Shown here: positions 49,241 to 63,714 of the stretch, piece after piece
Position numbering within the stretch: the first letter of the stretch is position 1
Layout of the letters: each line of letters starts with the position of its first letter
Source of the DNA: the human T2T-CHM13v2.0 reference genome, Homo sapiens
Assembly: GCF_009914755.1 (NCBI RefSeq)
Contig: NC_060931.1
Length of the DNA stretch: 64,000 bases
Strand: one strand, 5' to 3'
Notes under the pieces: generated by a model
What the model saw: the letters and a program-made list of their open reading frames with translations, nothing else
Told to the model about the DNA's origin: nothing
The model's database searches: none
Translations under genes and position numbers: made by a program

Positions 49241-49792
49241 AAATGTATGAGGGAAAAAATAGCATGTTTTCAATTACTGCTTCCTAGTCAACATAAACCA
49301 GACAAAAAATCCCCAACAAAATCTGGAACTCCATTACTTCATTTCACTCTTTTCAATTCCAGGTTAAAACAGGATCCAAAACAAAGAGGAAAAAATTTTA
49401 ACAATTCTACTGAATCCAGAACATCAATGTTAAGGAGTGAAATCTGAATAAAGAACTCTAAGAATACAGTCCATTTTTAAATTAGCACCAAATGGGAAAT
49501 AAAAGAGAAAAGATATTACTCGTAACAGGTTCTGTTTGTAAATGTTTTTAGAATACTACCTTAGATCCCAAATAAGAATCAAACATGCCTGGGCCCTTAA
49601 AGAGAATTGGTGGATAGCCCCAACTAACAAAAAGACTTGCAAGAGTGTTCCAGCTTTTAGCTGGGAGCATAAAAGGAAAAAAACCCTTATGCTACAGTGA
49701 GCCTAAAGGGGGTGGAGGGAGGAAGGGACAGAGAATGAGCTAAGAAGAAGCCACCATGTTAATTGTCGACACTTTCTAAACCCAGACTCCAG

Positions 49793-50602
49793 CCCTTTCC
49801 TCAGCTGCTGCCAAGGGGCTCAGTACTTCTGGGAAAGCTACAGTCACACTGGGGAGAGGCCCTCACTTCATCCAGCAACTTGCACTGCATCCAACAGCAG
49901 CACCAGCCCCGCCACTCGCCCGCACCACAGCCCCTGAATTCGCCTGCATCTACTCCACCCTCATTCTTCACTATGAACGAGGTGACCGTCACAGAGGATA
50001 AATCAAGGCCCTAATTAAAGTAGGTGGTGTAAATGTTGAACCTTTTCGGCCTGGTTTGTTGGCAAAGGCCCTGGCCTATGGTGACATCGAGAGACTCATC
50101 CTAATGTAGGGGTTGGTGGACCTGCTCCAGCAGCTGCTGCTGCATCAACAGTAGGTCCTGCCCTGTCCAGAGCAGCTGCTCCAGCTGAGGAGAAGGAAGT
50201 GTAAGCAAAGAAAAAAGAATCTCGGCCGGATGCAGTGGCTCACACCTGTAATCCCAGCACTTTGGGAGGCTGAGGTGGGCAGATCACTTGAAGCCAGGAG
50301 TTCTAGACCAGCCTGGCCAAAATGGCAAAGCACAGTCTCCACCAAAAATACAAAAATTAGATGGGTGGGCTGGCGGATGCCTGTAATCCCAGCTGCTCAG
50401 GAGGCTGAGGCACAAGAATCACTTGAACCTGGGAGGCGGAGGTTGCAGTGACTGGGTGACAGAGCCAGACTCGGTCTCCGAAAAGAAAAAGATAAAGAAA
50501 AGGAAAAACAAAGAAGAATCTGAGGAGTGTGATGATGGCATGGGCTTTGGTCTTTTTGACTAGAAGTTCTTTTATAACTCTTTTTACAAATTTTTAAAAA
50601 AT
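49793..50602 (+). pseudogene. Processed pseudogene of ribosomal protein P1 (RPLP1), full length with 5' UTR, interrupted by an Alu
   Basis: Starts CCCTTTCCTCAGCTG (5'TOP); decayed [56 protein letters not shown] (stop 50561-50563); no introns; ATG lost; frameshifts; TSD-like TAAAC..GACTCCAG at 49777-49792 and 50603-50617. Confidence 0.93.
50224..50510 (+). mobile_element. Alu inserted in the RPLP1 pseudogene
   Basis: TSD AAGAATCT; short deletion in right arm. Confidence 0.88.
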
Positions 50603-51292
50603 TAAACTGGACTCCAGGGACCAGTGGGTGAGGCCACTGGCTATAGGGGTGGTGGGCACGCTGTGGCGTGATGGCATGGGGCTGTTGCAGACATATGAAC
50701 TGGTCTCTCACCACTGCCATGCCACACAACTGTGCTCTGGCACTGAGTACAGTGGGGACAGCCTTGTGGCAGAACGCCACAGCATTCTCTTAGTGGGTAA
50801 TGGCAGCACCAGCAGGAGCAGGCCAGGAGCAGGAAGGAGGATCACAACAGATCACACATGGGGACTCCGGTCTGGATCCTGCGCTCCCTCTGGCGACTTC
50901 CAGATCCAAAAGGGCAGATTATGCAGGGGCTGACAAGTGAGGACAAGAGCCACTGACATCTGGAATGACTGCAAGTATGACTGCCCATCTATATTCAAAC
51001 AATATAAACTTTGGGTTACACAACTGAATGTGTTCAGGAATGTGTCATTCAGAATAACACCACGGCTGCCATCTCAGTCCACTCTAGGTCAAAATGAACA
51101 CATATCTTGGTTGCTCTCCTACCTCCTTGACTGCTATGTCTGTTTCTTGTACGTGTTCCTTTTCCTCTTGCATTCCATTAAATTTCTCAAAGGCTTGTCA
51201 TTGAACAGCCTCTCTGCATCCTTTTTTTGTTTGTTTTTTTAAACCACTTACCATTATATGATCTGTTTTACCTATCAAATCTATAATATCTG

Positions 51293-51502
51293 TGTAAGGT
51301 TTGGGAACAGTCCACCAACTGCCTTCCCTTCTGACATGAATCACAGAGTTTGGGGGTCCCAAAGACCATCCTCACGTTCAATAATGTGCCACACTGTTAG
51401 ACTATCAGGTGTGGCCCAAGGCACCCAGATCTCTATGCCCTTGGAAGGCTCCAAGGACAAAGGCTAGATATCTCTTTAGGCAAGGTTAAATTCTTTACTA
51501 AA
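51293..51502 (+). mobile_element. MER21-like LTR fragment, internally deleted
   Basis: GGGGTCCCAAAGACCATCCTCACGTTC and CTCTTTAGGCAAGGTTAAATTCTTTACTA motifs. Confidence 0.5.
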
Positions 51503-51974
51503 CCACCTGCTTGCTGATACTTCTGATTCTCCGATTCATATTTCTAACCACCTTCTTGATATTTCCATCAACAGTCAAACTCATCAACATCTTCCCCAAT
51601 CCAACTGCGACTTCACTGTTTCTACTAATAATGCCAACATTATTTCACCTTGTTTAAAAAGCTATTTTTAATTAGTAAGCCATAATTGTATGTATGGGGT
51701 ATGATGTGATGTTTTAATATATGTTACACTATTTTTTTCTATAAGGAATTGAGGCAGCTTATAAAACCACAATATAAGATACAAAATTAGAAAGAAATTG
51801 GGGCACAGAAAAAATAGCCCAGAAAAAGTAAAACAGAATAATGCTACAGTGAAGTTAGGATACAGAATGCATGCTATAAATTACTGTTCACTTGTTAGAG
51901 GTGGGCTGCACATTTGGCTCAGAGCTTTTTCATAGCCAAACGATATCCAATGCAAAAAAGAAATGACAACCACC

Positions 51975-52747
51975 CTGAGACACATAGGGAGACCCCGTCT
52001 CTATCAACATTTTTAAAATCCGCCAGGCATGGTGACTCATGCCCACAATCCTAGCACTTTGGGAGGCAGAAACAGGAGGAGATTCCTTGAGCTCAGGAGT
52101 TCAAGAACAGCCTGGGTAACATAGCGAATCCTGTCTCTACAAAAAAATTTAAACATCAGCCAGGCATGGTGATGCAGACCTGTAGTCCCAGCTACTCAGG
52201 AGGATAGCTTGAGCCTGGGAGGTTGTAGTAGTAGTGAGCTGTGATCACACCACTGCCTTCCAGCCTACGCAATAGAATGAGACACTCTATCTCTATGGGG
52301 AAGGGGAAGAAAAGCAGTTTCATAATTCAGAGTACACTAAAATAAATGATGCCCAGAAGGTACTATTCTTCTGATTATTCCAGGACTTAGAAGTGTGTGG
52401 GGTTTTCTGGTCACTGCCCTCCATACTCAACAGATTGTTGAATAATAAAGACGGTACCTCCATAACATTGTTTGCTTTTGTCTTCTCCTTGTATCTTCTC
52501 TCTCTTTAATGTCAATCAACTAAGATTTCAAATTAAGCTTCCTTAATTATAGCACTTCCCTCTTTAAAACCTACACTGGTTCTTTTTATCCTTTTGTAAA
52601 AAAAAACAAAAAAAACTTTTTTTTTTTTAAATAGAGACAAAGTCTTAATATGTTGCCCAGGCTGTCTTGAACTCCTGAGCTCAAATGATCTTCTGCCTTG
52701 GCCTCCCAGAGTGCTAGGATTACAGGTGTAAGCCACCATGCCTGGTC
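51975..52747. mobile_element. Alu (+) about 51975-52295 and monomer (-) 52615-52747
   Basis: Alu motifs. Confidence 0.8.
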
Positions 52748-52784
52748 CACTTATTCCTTTTAAAAGCTCCACTTCTGCTTCTGC

Positions 52785-54448
52785 TTTTTTTTTTTTTAAA
52801 TTTCCATAAGTTTTGGGGGAACAGGTGGTGTTTGGTTACATGAGTAAGTTCTTTAGTGGTGATTTGTGAGATTTTGGTGCACCCATCACCGATAGAGTAT
52901 ACACTGAACCCAGTCTGTAGTCTTTTGTCCCTCATCCCTTTCCTACCCTTTCCCCCTGAGTCCCCAAAGTCTACAGTGTCATTCTTATGCCTTTGCATCC
53001 TCATAGCTTAGCTCCCACTTATGAGTGAGAGAACATAGGATGTCTGGTCTTCCATTCCTGAGTTACTTCAATTAGAATAATAGAGTCTCCAATCCTATCC
53101 AGGTTGCTCCAAAATTCATTACTTTTTATGGTTGAGAAGTACTCCACACACACCACAGTTTCTTTATCCACTCATTTATTGAGGGACATTTGGGTTGGTT
53201 CCACATTTTTGCAATTGTGAATTGTGCTGCTATAAACATGCATGAGCAAGTAACTTTTTTATATAACGACTTATTTTCCTCTAGGTAGATACTCAGTTAG
53301 TGGGATTGCTGGATCAATGGTAGTTCTACTTTTAGTTCTTTACGGAATCTCCACACTGGTTTCCATAGTGGCTGTACTACTGTACATTCCCACCAGCAGT
53401 GTAGAAGTGTTCCCTTTTCACTGCATCCATGCTAACATCTATTATTTTTTGATTTTTTGATTATGGACATTCTTGCAGGAGTAAAGTGGTATTGCATTGT
53501 GATTTTGATTTGCATTTCCCTGATCATTAGTGATGTTGAGCATTTTTTCATAGTCTATTGGCCATCTGTATATCTTCTTTGGAGAACTGTCTATTCATGT
53601 CCTTAGCCCACTTTTTCATGGGATTTTTTTTTCCTTGCTAATTTGAGTTCATTGTAGTTTCTGGATATTAGTCCTTTGTCGGATGTATAGATTGTGAAGA
53701 TTTTCTCCTACGCTTTCGGTTGTCTGTTTACTCTGCTGACTCTTCCTTTTGCTGTGTAAAAGCTCTTTAGTTTAATTAAGTTCCAGGTATTTAACTTTGT
53801 TTTGATCACATTTGCATTTAGGTTCTTGATCATGAAATCCTTGCCTAAGCCAATGTCTAGAAGGATTTTTCCGATGTTACCTTCTAATAATGTTTATAGT
53901 TTCAGGTCTTAGATTTAAGTCCTTGATCCATCTTGAGTTGATTTTTGTTTAAGGTATGAAATGAGGATCCAGTTTCATTCTCTTACAGATGGCTTGCCAG
54001 TTTTCCCAGCACCATTTGTTGAATAGGGTGTCTGTTCCCTTTTTTGTTTGCTTTGTCAAAGATCAGTTGGCTGTAAGTATTTGGGTTTATTTCTCAGTTC
54101 TCTATTCTGTTCCACTGGTCTATGTGCCTATTTTTATACCAGTACCATGCTGTTTTGGTGACTGTGCTCTTACAGTACAGTTTGAAATCAGGTAATGTGA
54201 TGCCTTCAAATTTTCTCTTTTTGCTTAGTCTTGCTTTGACTATGCAGACTCTTTTTCGGTTCCATGTGAATTTTAGGATGGTTTTTTCTAGTTCTGTGAA
54301 GAATGACGGTAGTACTTTGATGGGAATTGCACCGAATTTGTAGACTGCTTTCGGCAGTATGGTCATTTTCGCAATACTGATTCTACCCACCTATGAGCAT
54401 GGGATGTGTTTCCATTTGTTTGTGTCGTCTATGATTTCTTTCAGCAGT
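52785..54448 (-). mobile_element. 5'-truncated L1PB-like element
   Basis: Poly(T) then L1PB 3' UTR; ORF 54094..54390 translates as L1 ORF2 ([15 protein letters not shown]...[19 protein letters not shown]). Confidence 0.88.
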
Positions 54449-54719
54449 AAAAGCACATATTCTTCTATATTTACAAAGAAATATATGCTCAATGCAGAAA
54501 ACAAAGAAAACCAATACAAAGAGGTAAAGAAGACAAAAACCAAAACCCTACAATCCAGATGTAACTAGCTACTATCAATGTTTTTTAAAATTCAGATATT
54601 TACATGCAATGAAAGTCAAAGGTTTTATGTGTACGATTCCCTGCTTTTTGACAAATACATATACTCTAATCAATATACAGAACATTTTTCCAAAATCTCA
54701 CACTTGAAGTTCCCTCCCA

Positions 54720-55735
54720 GTCACATTCTTTGTCAGGTAAATGTATTGCAAAGAGCTTCTCCCAGTCTGAAGCTGGTCTTTTCATTTTTAAAAATGTCTT
54801 TTAATCAGGAACAGTTTTTAATTTTGATTAAGTCTAATTAATTTTTTATTTTATAGTTAATGTTTCTTATATGCTCTCTAATAAATCCTTCCCTACTCCC
54901 AAGGTTGTGAAGATATTCTCTTACTTTTTGCTAGAAACTTTACAGTTTTAACTTTATATTTAAATATATGATCCATCTCAACCTGATAAAGGTATCTAAA
55001 AAAAAACTACATATTCACTGTAAGATTAGAAACAAGACAAGGGAGATGTCTATTCTTACCACTTCTATTCAACCTCATGCATAAAAGAATGAGGCAAAAA
55101 AGAATAATAATTTATAAAGAATCATAAGGAAGAAGAAAAACCTCCATTTGCCCTGAAATGATGAAATGATTGTGTGTAGAGAAAACCTAGAGAAATTTAC
55201 ACATGCACAAACACTAATAAATAAGCAAACAGCATAGTTACAGGCCACGTGGTTGGTGCATAAGAATCAGTTACATTTCTATAACCCATCAAAACCACAC
55301 CAAAAACTACAAAACATTTCTGAGAACAATAAAGACCTAAATAAACGGACACAATACCATGTTAATGGGTTGGAAGATTCAATATTATTAAGGCGTATCT
55401 AAAATTTATATGTATAAGCTGACTCTGAATTTATACAAAATGCAAAGGATCGAGACAGGTCAAAACAATCCTGGAAGAGAAGCACAAAGCTGGAAGACTG
55501 ACACTACCCATTCAAGGCATGCTATACAAAGCTATAGTAACCAGACCTTTAGAGCAAGCATTGACCAAAAGAGGGATGGAGCAGATGGAGTCCACAAACA
55601 AACCCCCATACATTCTGTCTACTGATGGACAAAGGCAAGCAACTGAATAGGTGGGGGAACAAGTCTTCTCGATAAATGGTGCTGCAGCAACAAGATAAAA
55701 GTATATTTCAAAAAAACACCTCAGGCCTACCACAT
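54720..55735. mobile_element. Old L1M fragments in both orientations
   Basis: Degenerate ORF2 motifs such as GGTTGGAAGATTCAATATT and ATAAATGGTGCTG. Confidence 0.55.
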
Positions 55736-55773
55736 ACTGCTGACATTTTGGCACTGCTCTTTTGCTAAATATA

Positions 55774-56080
55774 TTTTTATTTTTTGTTTTTATTTTTTTG
55801 AGACAGAGTCTCGTTCTATCGCCCAGGCTGGAGTGCAGTGGCGCAATCTCAACTCATTGCAACCTCCGCCTCCCACGTTGAAGTGATTCTCCTGCCTCCG
55901 CCTCCCGAGGAGCTGGGACTACAGGCGCGTGCCACCGTGCCCGGCTAATTTTTTGTATCTTTAGTAGAGACAGGGCTTCGATATGTTGGCCAGGATGGCC
56001 TCAATCTCCTGACCTCGTGATCTGCCCACCTCGGCCTCCCAAAGTGCTGGGATTACAGGCGTGGGCCACCATGCCCGGCC
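55774..56080 (-). mobile_element. Alu (Sc-like)
   Basis: TSD TGCTAAATAT. Confidence 0.88.
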
Positions 56081-57162
56081 TGCTAAATATGTTTTGTAAA
56101 AAGAGGAGAGATTATAACACCAGGATTCTGTTTCTACTCTGCTTTCTTTCGGTTTTCTGTGGGGATTTTTGGCAATATTTTGAAGTGATGCTTTAAAGTT
56201 ACTTCACCACAAATTTCTCACACTCATCTCTATCCTCTACATGATGCTCCCAAACTGCTTTTAAACCTAATCTTCTACCATCAATTTTTAGTTTCCCCAT
56301 TTGTTAGGAAAACACAAGCAGTTAGGGCTTCTTACACCTTGTTCTGCCTCCAGGATTTAGTCTGAGTAGTGCCCCATACTCTCAACATCATCCAAATATT
56401 CTTTACTGACAAAGTCCCTTTCAGTTTTTTATAACATCTTTTCTGAGTCCTCTATTCAAATATAACATTCTTCCTTTTAGCCCTCACATATCTTCCCTTT
56501 TCTCACTTATTATTAACGAACCACACTTAGATGAAAAAAAAGATATTTGAGCAGTCTATTCATTCAGTCACTATTCAGCAGGCCACAGATTGTTCTACTG
56601 GGGTGCCAGGGAAGCTAGACAGGTCAAGGCTCTGCCCTTAAGTAGCTGGCATTCTAGTGGCAAAGTCTAAGAGGCCATAATCTAGAAAGTAGGGCTGTTT
56701 CTCATTTACCTCTATGTGCCCTGTAGTAAAGTACAACGTTTTGCACATCATCAAGCCTCAATGAATAAACCATGAACTCACCTGTCATGCTATTTAAAGC
56801 TTGTATCATAAATATCCTTGTCAATTTAAAGCACCAACAGATCAGGAGTCAGAATCTCCTTGGTCTCCATAAAAGAAATGTAATGAGGCCTTATGTAATA
56901 GGTTCAAGAGCATCTATTGCTTTGTTCACATAGATAGGCAGGGTTTCTTTTTAAGGCTTGAATTAAGCCAAATTAAGCCAACTAATAAATGAAAAGCATA
57001 GTGAATTAAGTATCTGTGCAGCATTAATGATTTTAAGTAAAAGAACTGTGAATAAAGAAAGGTTATCTTTCTATCAAAAGGAACAGAAAGTAAAGACCAC
57101 ACGTCTATAAAATACTTCAGCCACACAACACCATTTTAATAGACAAAAACAGGCATTTCTAT

Positions 57163-57371
57163 GGCAGAGATTTTCCATCTGGGCACTGCTGACATTAGGA
57201 GCTGAGTAATTTCTGTTATGGGTAACTGTCCTGTGCGCTGTGGAACCTTTAGCAGCATCCCTGGCTCTGCCCAAGAGATGCCAGTAGCAGCCCGTCACGG
57301 CAAGCAAATGTCTCCAAACATTCACAAATGGACTCCCAGGGGTCAAAACCGCACCCAGCGAAGAACCTCTG
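57163..57371 (-). mobile_element. MER20 (hAT-Charlie)
   Basis: TTTAGCAGCATCCCTGGC..GATGCCAGTAGC core; homologous partial copy on + at about 16175-16310. Confidence 0.7.
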
Positions 57372-57432
57372 ATGTAACACAGCCAACATTACTTGGCTGT
57401 ACAAATATTTCTTTTGTTTGTTATTCTTTTTA

Positions 57433-57800
<368 letters not shown>

Positions 57801-60750
57801 ATCAAAGTCATAGACTCGGAGGGTTGGGGGGCAGGGAGGGAAGGAGAAAGGGAGGAGGGATGCCAATGACAGCAAATAGCCACCAACAGTAAATTTTGTG
57901 AGTTATTAAAATTCAACCAGTCTACCGTTTTCACAGATGGAAAATAGACACACATGGGTAAAGGCAATTTGTGTATAGGAAGAAACTCATCTGACATGCT
58001 TCTAGTGTGTATACTTATAATATTTTATGCTCTATTTTGAAGAAAATAATGTCCCTAAGTTTTTACAGGTAAGAAATATATGTCAATCAAATGTGTGTGA
58101 CAGGTTAAGTATTCCGGAGAACTATGGATGATTTTAAGAAAACGTGAGGCAGAAACAAAGGCCCTATATTCTGATCTGCCAGTCAGCATGCCAGCCTGCT
58201 CATGCCGACATGCCTTCCCCAGATCCACCTGAACATCAGCACTCTGCCTATCCCGTACTTGCAACCCAACACTAGAGAAAATGCCTTTATCCAAACAAAA
58301 TACGTACTGCATTATGGATGGTTCAAATGCAGTGGAGTTAACAAACTACAGGGCCTTGACCAAAGGGAACCTTTCAGACTAGAGAGGGGGAGATACATGA
58401 ACACAGAAATAAATGTACAATTCCACACTATGATAAGTTGGGGATGCGGGGGACAATACCGTGGGTAATAAAGGAAAGGGTCTGATTAGAGGTCGAATAA
58501 ATGCATTTCTAAGGAAATGACATGTTTTCATACCAAGTCAGACCACAGCTGTTGATGTCTCCAGAAATAATTCAAGAGATGAAAACTGTACAAAGGTGCC
58601 AACTTATCTAAGAATGATTTAAGAGAGCAACAAAACTCATGTCTGAGGACAGCTACTACAGGCAGCCTGATATTGCAAGGCAATGTTCCTACAGTCACCA
58701 TTTAGTATGTCCTTGTAGCAGGTATACACCGAGGGTTCTGGAAAAAGTTAGGAACATAAGGTAGTTCAAAGCAATGATTCCGCTTATATTGCACGTATAG
58801 TATGAAGGGTGCCTTCATGTGGTTATATCCTTGGAGTTTTAGAAGGATGATACATGCAGACCTTAGAATGGAGCAGATTTTAGTGTTCAATGTGCAGAAA
58901 AATCACTGATGAATTTGTTAAATATTTGGATTCCTAAGTCCCACTCTCAAGGATTCCAATTCAGGGGTTTACAGTGCAGCCTAGGAATGTTTACCAGGCA
59001 CCCCCTACTGCCTCTGAAAACCCCACATGAAACACAAATCTTCCCACAAGAGGAGGTTTGGCTGTGACACAGGTTTTTTTTTGCTCAAACTCATGAAACA
59101 AGCATGTATGACACAAGGCCTCCCGACAGTGTTTGTTTACAGGCTGACCCTGCCCCTGATCTTGGTAATCCCCAGGGCTTGGAAGCAGAATCTGAATAAA
59201 CTGCACAGCCTACTGCTACAGCTTGTGCCCAGACAACAGACCAGAGGTGATATGTAAAAAAGATAGGCAGTGCTGACAGCTCTCTCTCCAGAGGTTAAGG
59301 AAACACACCCAACATGAGACACGGTCAGGGAGTTAAGGGAGCCAGCACTGATGGGTATAGACAGCATGAAGTACAGATGAGAACACAATGAAAGAAGAAT
59401 GATAGAACAGACAGAAGAAGAGTGAAACTCATATTTCTTATGAGCCTCGTATCAGATACTGTGTCATGAACTTCATATATTTCATTTAAATCCTCATAAA
59501 AATCTTAGGTATTAACATTAATATAATATAAATTATCATATCATAGATGAAAAACCAAAGCCTAAAGAGAAAGGAATTTGTCCAAGAAGACGGAGCTACA
59601 AAGCAACACAGCCAGGTTTTGAACCAAGGCTCAGGAATCAGTCAATAATGCCATAATCCTCTTGGAGATCTAAGATAACGCGAGTAGGAACATGGCTGTC
59701 AGGAAATGAAGAGTCCTACTCCAGAGAGAATACCAAGGCAAGTAAGTACACAAGAGCAATGAACAATGCTTTTGCAATATCAGAACTTTAAATATGGACC
59801 CTCTTATTAAAACAGCTGAGGGTTCATACATTTTAAATAAGGGAAACTTGTAAAGATGAGGTAAAAAGTTAAGATGTAATCTAGCTGATCATAAATGATG
59901 AAGGCTTGCTGCAGCTCTTGCTGAGTAGTGGGATCACAGGTGACTTCTGCCCTCCAACCCAAGTGTCTACATTTCCTGTGATGAACAAATTTTATTTTTA
60001 AAAAGAAATACATGTGATGTCTTTTGTTGTTAATTTTTTTTTAATTGTATTTTGAGGAAACTGAGAAGTAATTGAGGGCAGAGACTCTCCAGGAATGAAG
60101 TCAATAAAAGCAAGAGAAAGAGGTGAAGTATCAGAAGAAAAATGATACCTCAGATTACATAACACACACTACCAGCCTGGGAAAGCTCTCTCCCCTTCCC
60201 ATCCTGGACCATTAAATCCCAAGCCATGAGGCAGGGCCAATCAACAAAGGATGTCAGAGCATGAGTTAGGTGAGAAGGGAAGGGAGAGACATAGTGATGG
60301 TGACTGGTGATTCATACCATACAGGGAAATCAATCAACTAAGTCAACGCAATGAGGATGGGAAGAGCCCAGACTCTTACTATCAGAGAAAGAAACCACAA
60401 AGATGGAAAGGGAGAACACCAGGCTGAATCTTCTGGTATTAGAGGTATCAGATTAATAAACTCATGGATTTCAAAACATATGTAAATATATAAATAAATA
60501 TAAACATAAAGGAAGCAGGTGCATATGTTTGTGTTCCTAGCTCTGTACTGAGATCTGAAAGTGACAAGCCAAAAGTAATAAGCACACCTAATGCCCAGGT
60601 CTAGCTTTCTAAATATTATTGTTTAATTTAAAAAAAAAAAAAAAAAAGCAGGATTCTCTGTGAAAAGAGTAGACTCCAGGGCTGGGATAGGAAAAACACA
60701 AGATGAACCTGGCATATCCTACTGTACTTGAAGGTAAAGAAATGATCAAA

Positions 60751-61050
60751 GGACCGGGCACGGTGGTTCACACCGGTAATCCCAATACTTTGGGAGGCTG
60801 AGGCAGGAGAATTACTTGAGGTCAGGAGTTCAAGACCAGCCTGGCCAACATGGTGAAACCCCATCTCTACTAAAAATACAAAGGTTAACCAGGCGTGGTG
60901 GCATGAGCCTGTAGTCTCAGCTACTCAGGAGGCTGGCACGAGAATTGCTTGAACCCAGGAGGTGGAGGTTGCAGTGAAACAGAGATCACACCACTGCACT
61001 ACAGCCTGGGTGACAGAGCGAGACTCCATCTCAAAACAAAACAAAAAAAT
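60751..61050 (+). mobile_element. Alu (S) inside old L1M 3' sequence
   Basis: TSD-like GATCAAAG. Confidence 0.88.
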
Positions 61051-62343
61051 AAACGATCAAAGAACGATTGAGGCATTTCAAAAGGACACAGAACCAATCT
61101 GAAGGGGCTCCTAAGAACAAAATTTGGGATAATCTAAGCATCAAAACATATAAGGAGAGTAAGTGATCATAACCCACTGAATAAAACAGAGATCCATGAA
61201 TTTATCAGTCCACCCGAGACAGAAAGTCAGCCCGGGGTGGCGGCGGGGGTAGGGATAAATATTTGAATGGGTTATATATGTAGTCTCAAAGTAACTCTCA
61301 ACAAAATACTTATTACTAGGGGAAAAGAACAGCTGTCAGGGATATCTGGCAGACACAATCTTGATCAAGTGAAGGCATCAACTCCAATGGAATAAATCAA
61401 ACCTGTGTACCATCTGAAAGGATTTAATGCAAAAAGACAACATCACTACTGTGGCATCCCAAATTGAGAAACATTATATAAAATAACCGGTTTACAATCT
61501 TCAAAAATGTCAAGGACATGAAAGCCAGGAAAACACTGAGAACTGTTCCAAATTAAAAGAAATTACAAAAACAAGAAAACAGAATATGCGCTTCTGCCAC
61601 AGATTCATTACACATAATGGACAACACTGGGCAACTGGCAGTACCTGATAAGCCCGAGGTCTGAATAGTAGTGAAGTATCAGTGTTAAATTTCTGATCTT
61701 GATGGTTGTATTTTGATATATAGGAGAATGTACTTGATTGTAGGTAAAATGTACTAAAGTATTCAGGGATGATAAAACACCATATTAGTAATTTTAGCTC
61801 AACCAGTCCTGGCAGAGGGTGAGGGGATTTATCTCTTTATCCAAGAACAAAAAATGAGAAGGCCACAGGTCTTATTCCAGACATTCCAAATCAATTCCTT
61901 GGACTCCCTGAATATGTATATGTCAGTAATCTTATACAAACTGTTGTGGAATATACCACAAAATTCAAAGTAGGGCATCTGTCACATGTAATGCTAACTA
62001 AAGGTACAAGTTACTTACCAAATTTGGGGGGGGCTGGCACGGGTATAAGGAGGGAACCTTACTATCTCTAATGACCTTACTGATGCTGACTTTAATACTC
62101 TGTGAAGGTTAGAGTTCAGTGAATGTTACCTAGAAACAGCCCCGGCTGTGGAATACTTTATTCTTAGCCCTATATTTGGGGTTTGGATGTCCACTGTGCT
62201 GGTTCCCAGAGATAGTAAGGGGATGAGAGTATTGGTTACATCTCCTGACCCACATACTTAAGATCCAGATGAACAAGACAGTTTTCACTCCTGCTTGGTA
62301 GAACCTATTTGCTGAAGGAAACAGCTCCTAAAGAATGGTTCTA

Positions 62344-62652
<309 letters not shown>

Positions 62653-63714
62653 CTACAGATGAACCTAATGCTGGGCCTCAGCAGAAAAATCGAAGACAGT
62701 ATAAGAAATGAAGAGTAAGAGGGAGGATGGAAAACACCTTCTTGTCACCTTTCAAACTGGCTCTATCTTTTCTTTTACTAGACTGCATAGATCTTTGGGG
62801 TTGTAACCACTATTCAGACAAATGCTAAGTAAGATCTACACTCTTTTCTAAGGAACACACTGATTCTATGTGGAAGTACGTGCACCTATGAAAGAATCAG
62901 GTTAGAGTAGATTAGTTCCTACACTTTTGTAGTACAGTAACTTTCTCTTCCTCTTAGCAGGTAATTAAATGTACACTGTTTCTGAACCAACATACAAATG
63001 ATCTATATCTACTAGATAAATGATGAATTATTAAGACATATGGAACCCAAAATTCATTAATGCTTTATGTTCTGAACATGTCTGCATTTTCTGCCATTTA
63101 TTCTAATGCTATATAGAATCTGATTTACAATTTTTAAAATCTGTAGCAAATAAATTCATCTCACCAACTTTGGCTCAGGAGCTCCAAATTCCAGAAAATT
63201 AATGTCCAAATCAGTAAGTTAAGTGACAAAGAAGCAGCTGAATAGTCATTTCTCTTTCTCCTAGATTCTCAGTTGGGTCCACACAAAGCATGGTGTCTAG
63301 ATCATATTGTTCTTAATATTCATCACACAACACGCTTGCCCTTTAGGAGTTTAACTCTTGGTCTTTACAAAGCATCAATACAAGAACACTCCACTTGAAT
63401 AGTTTCTGTGTCTTCCGTGAAATCATAGCTGAAAACATAACCCACTATGTCACACAATGGCAGAACCCCACAGAATGTCTTTTTCGTTAAGTACAATGCC
63501 AGGAAAGAATCTTTCTCTGTAAACAAATGTGCATGCTTGCTTCCCACAGACAATAAACGCTATGTAATTCAATGCTACACAAAGAAAGGAATGGTTTTCT
63601 TTTAGCCTTAGCAGTCAGAAAACAGAAAGTCAAATACAGTGCACAAGAGTTATAATTAGCTCCCCTCAGGAGCCTGGTACACTTTCTCCTCTCTATGTTC
63701 TTTTATTATTTTAA

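Noticed and set aside
62060-62220. Possible intronic C/D snoRNA
   Set aside because: No RTGATGA/CTGA boxes adjacent to the stem on either strand
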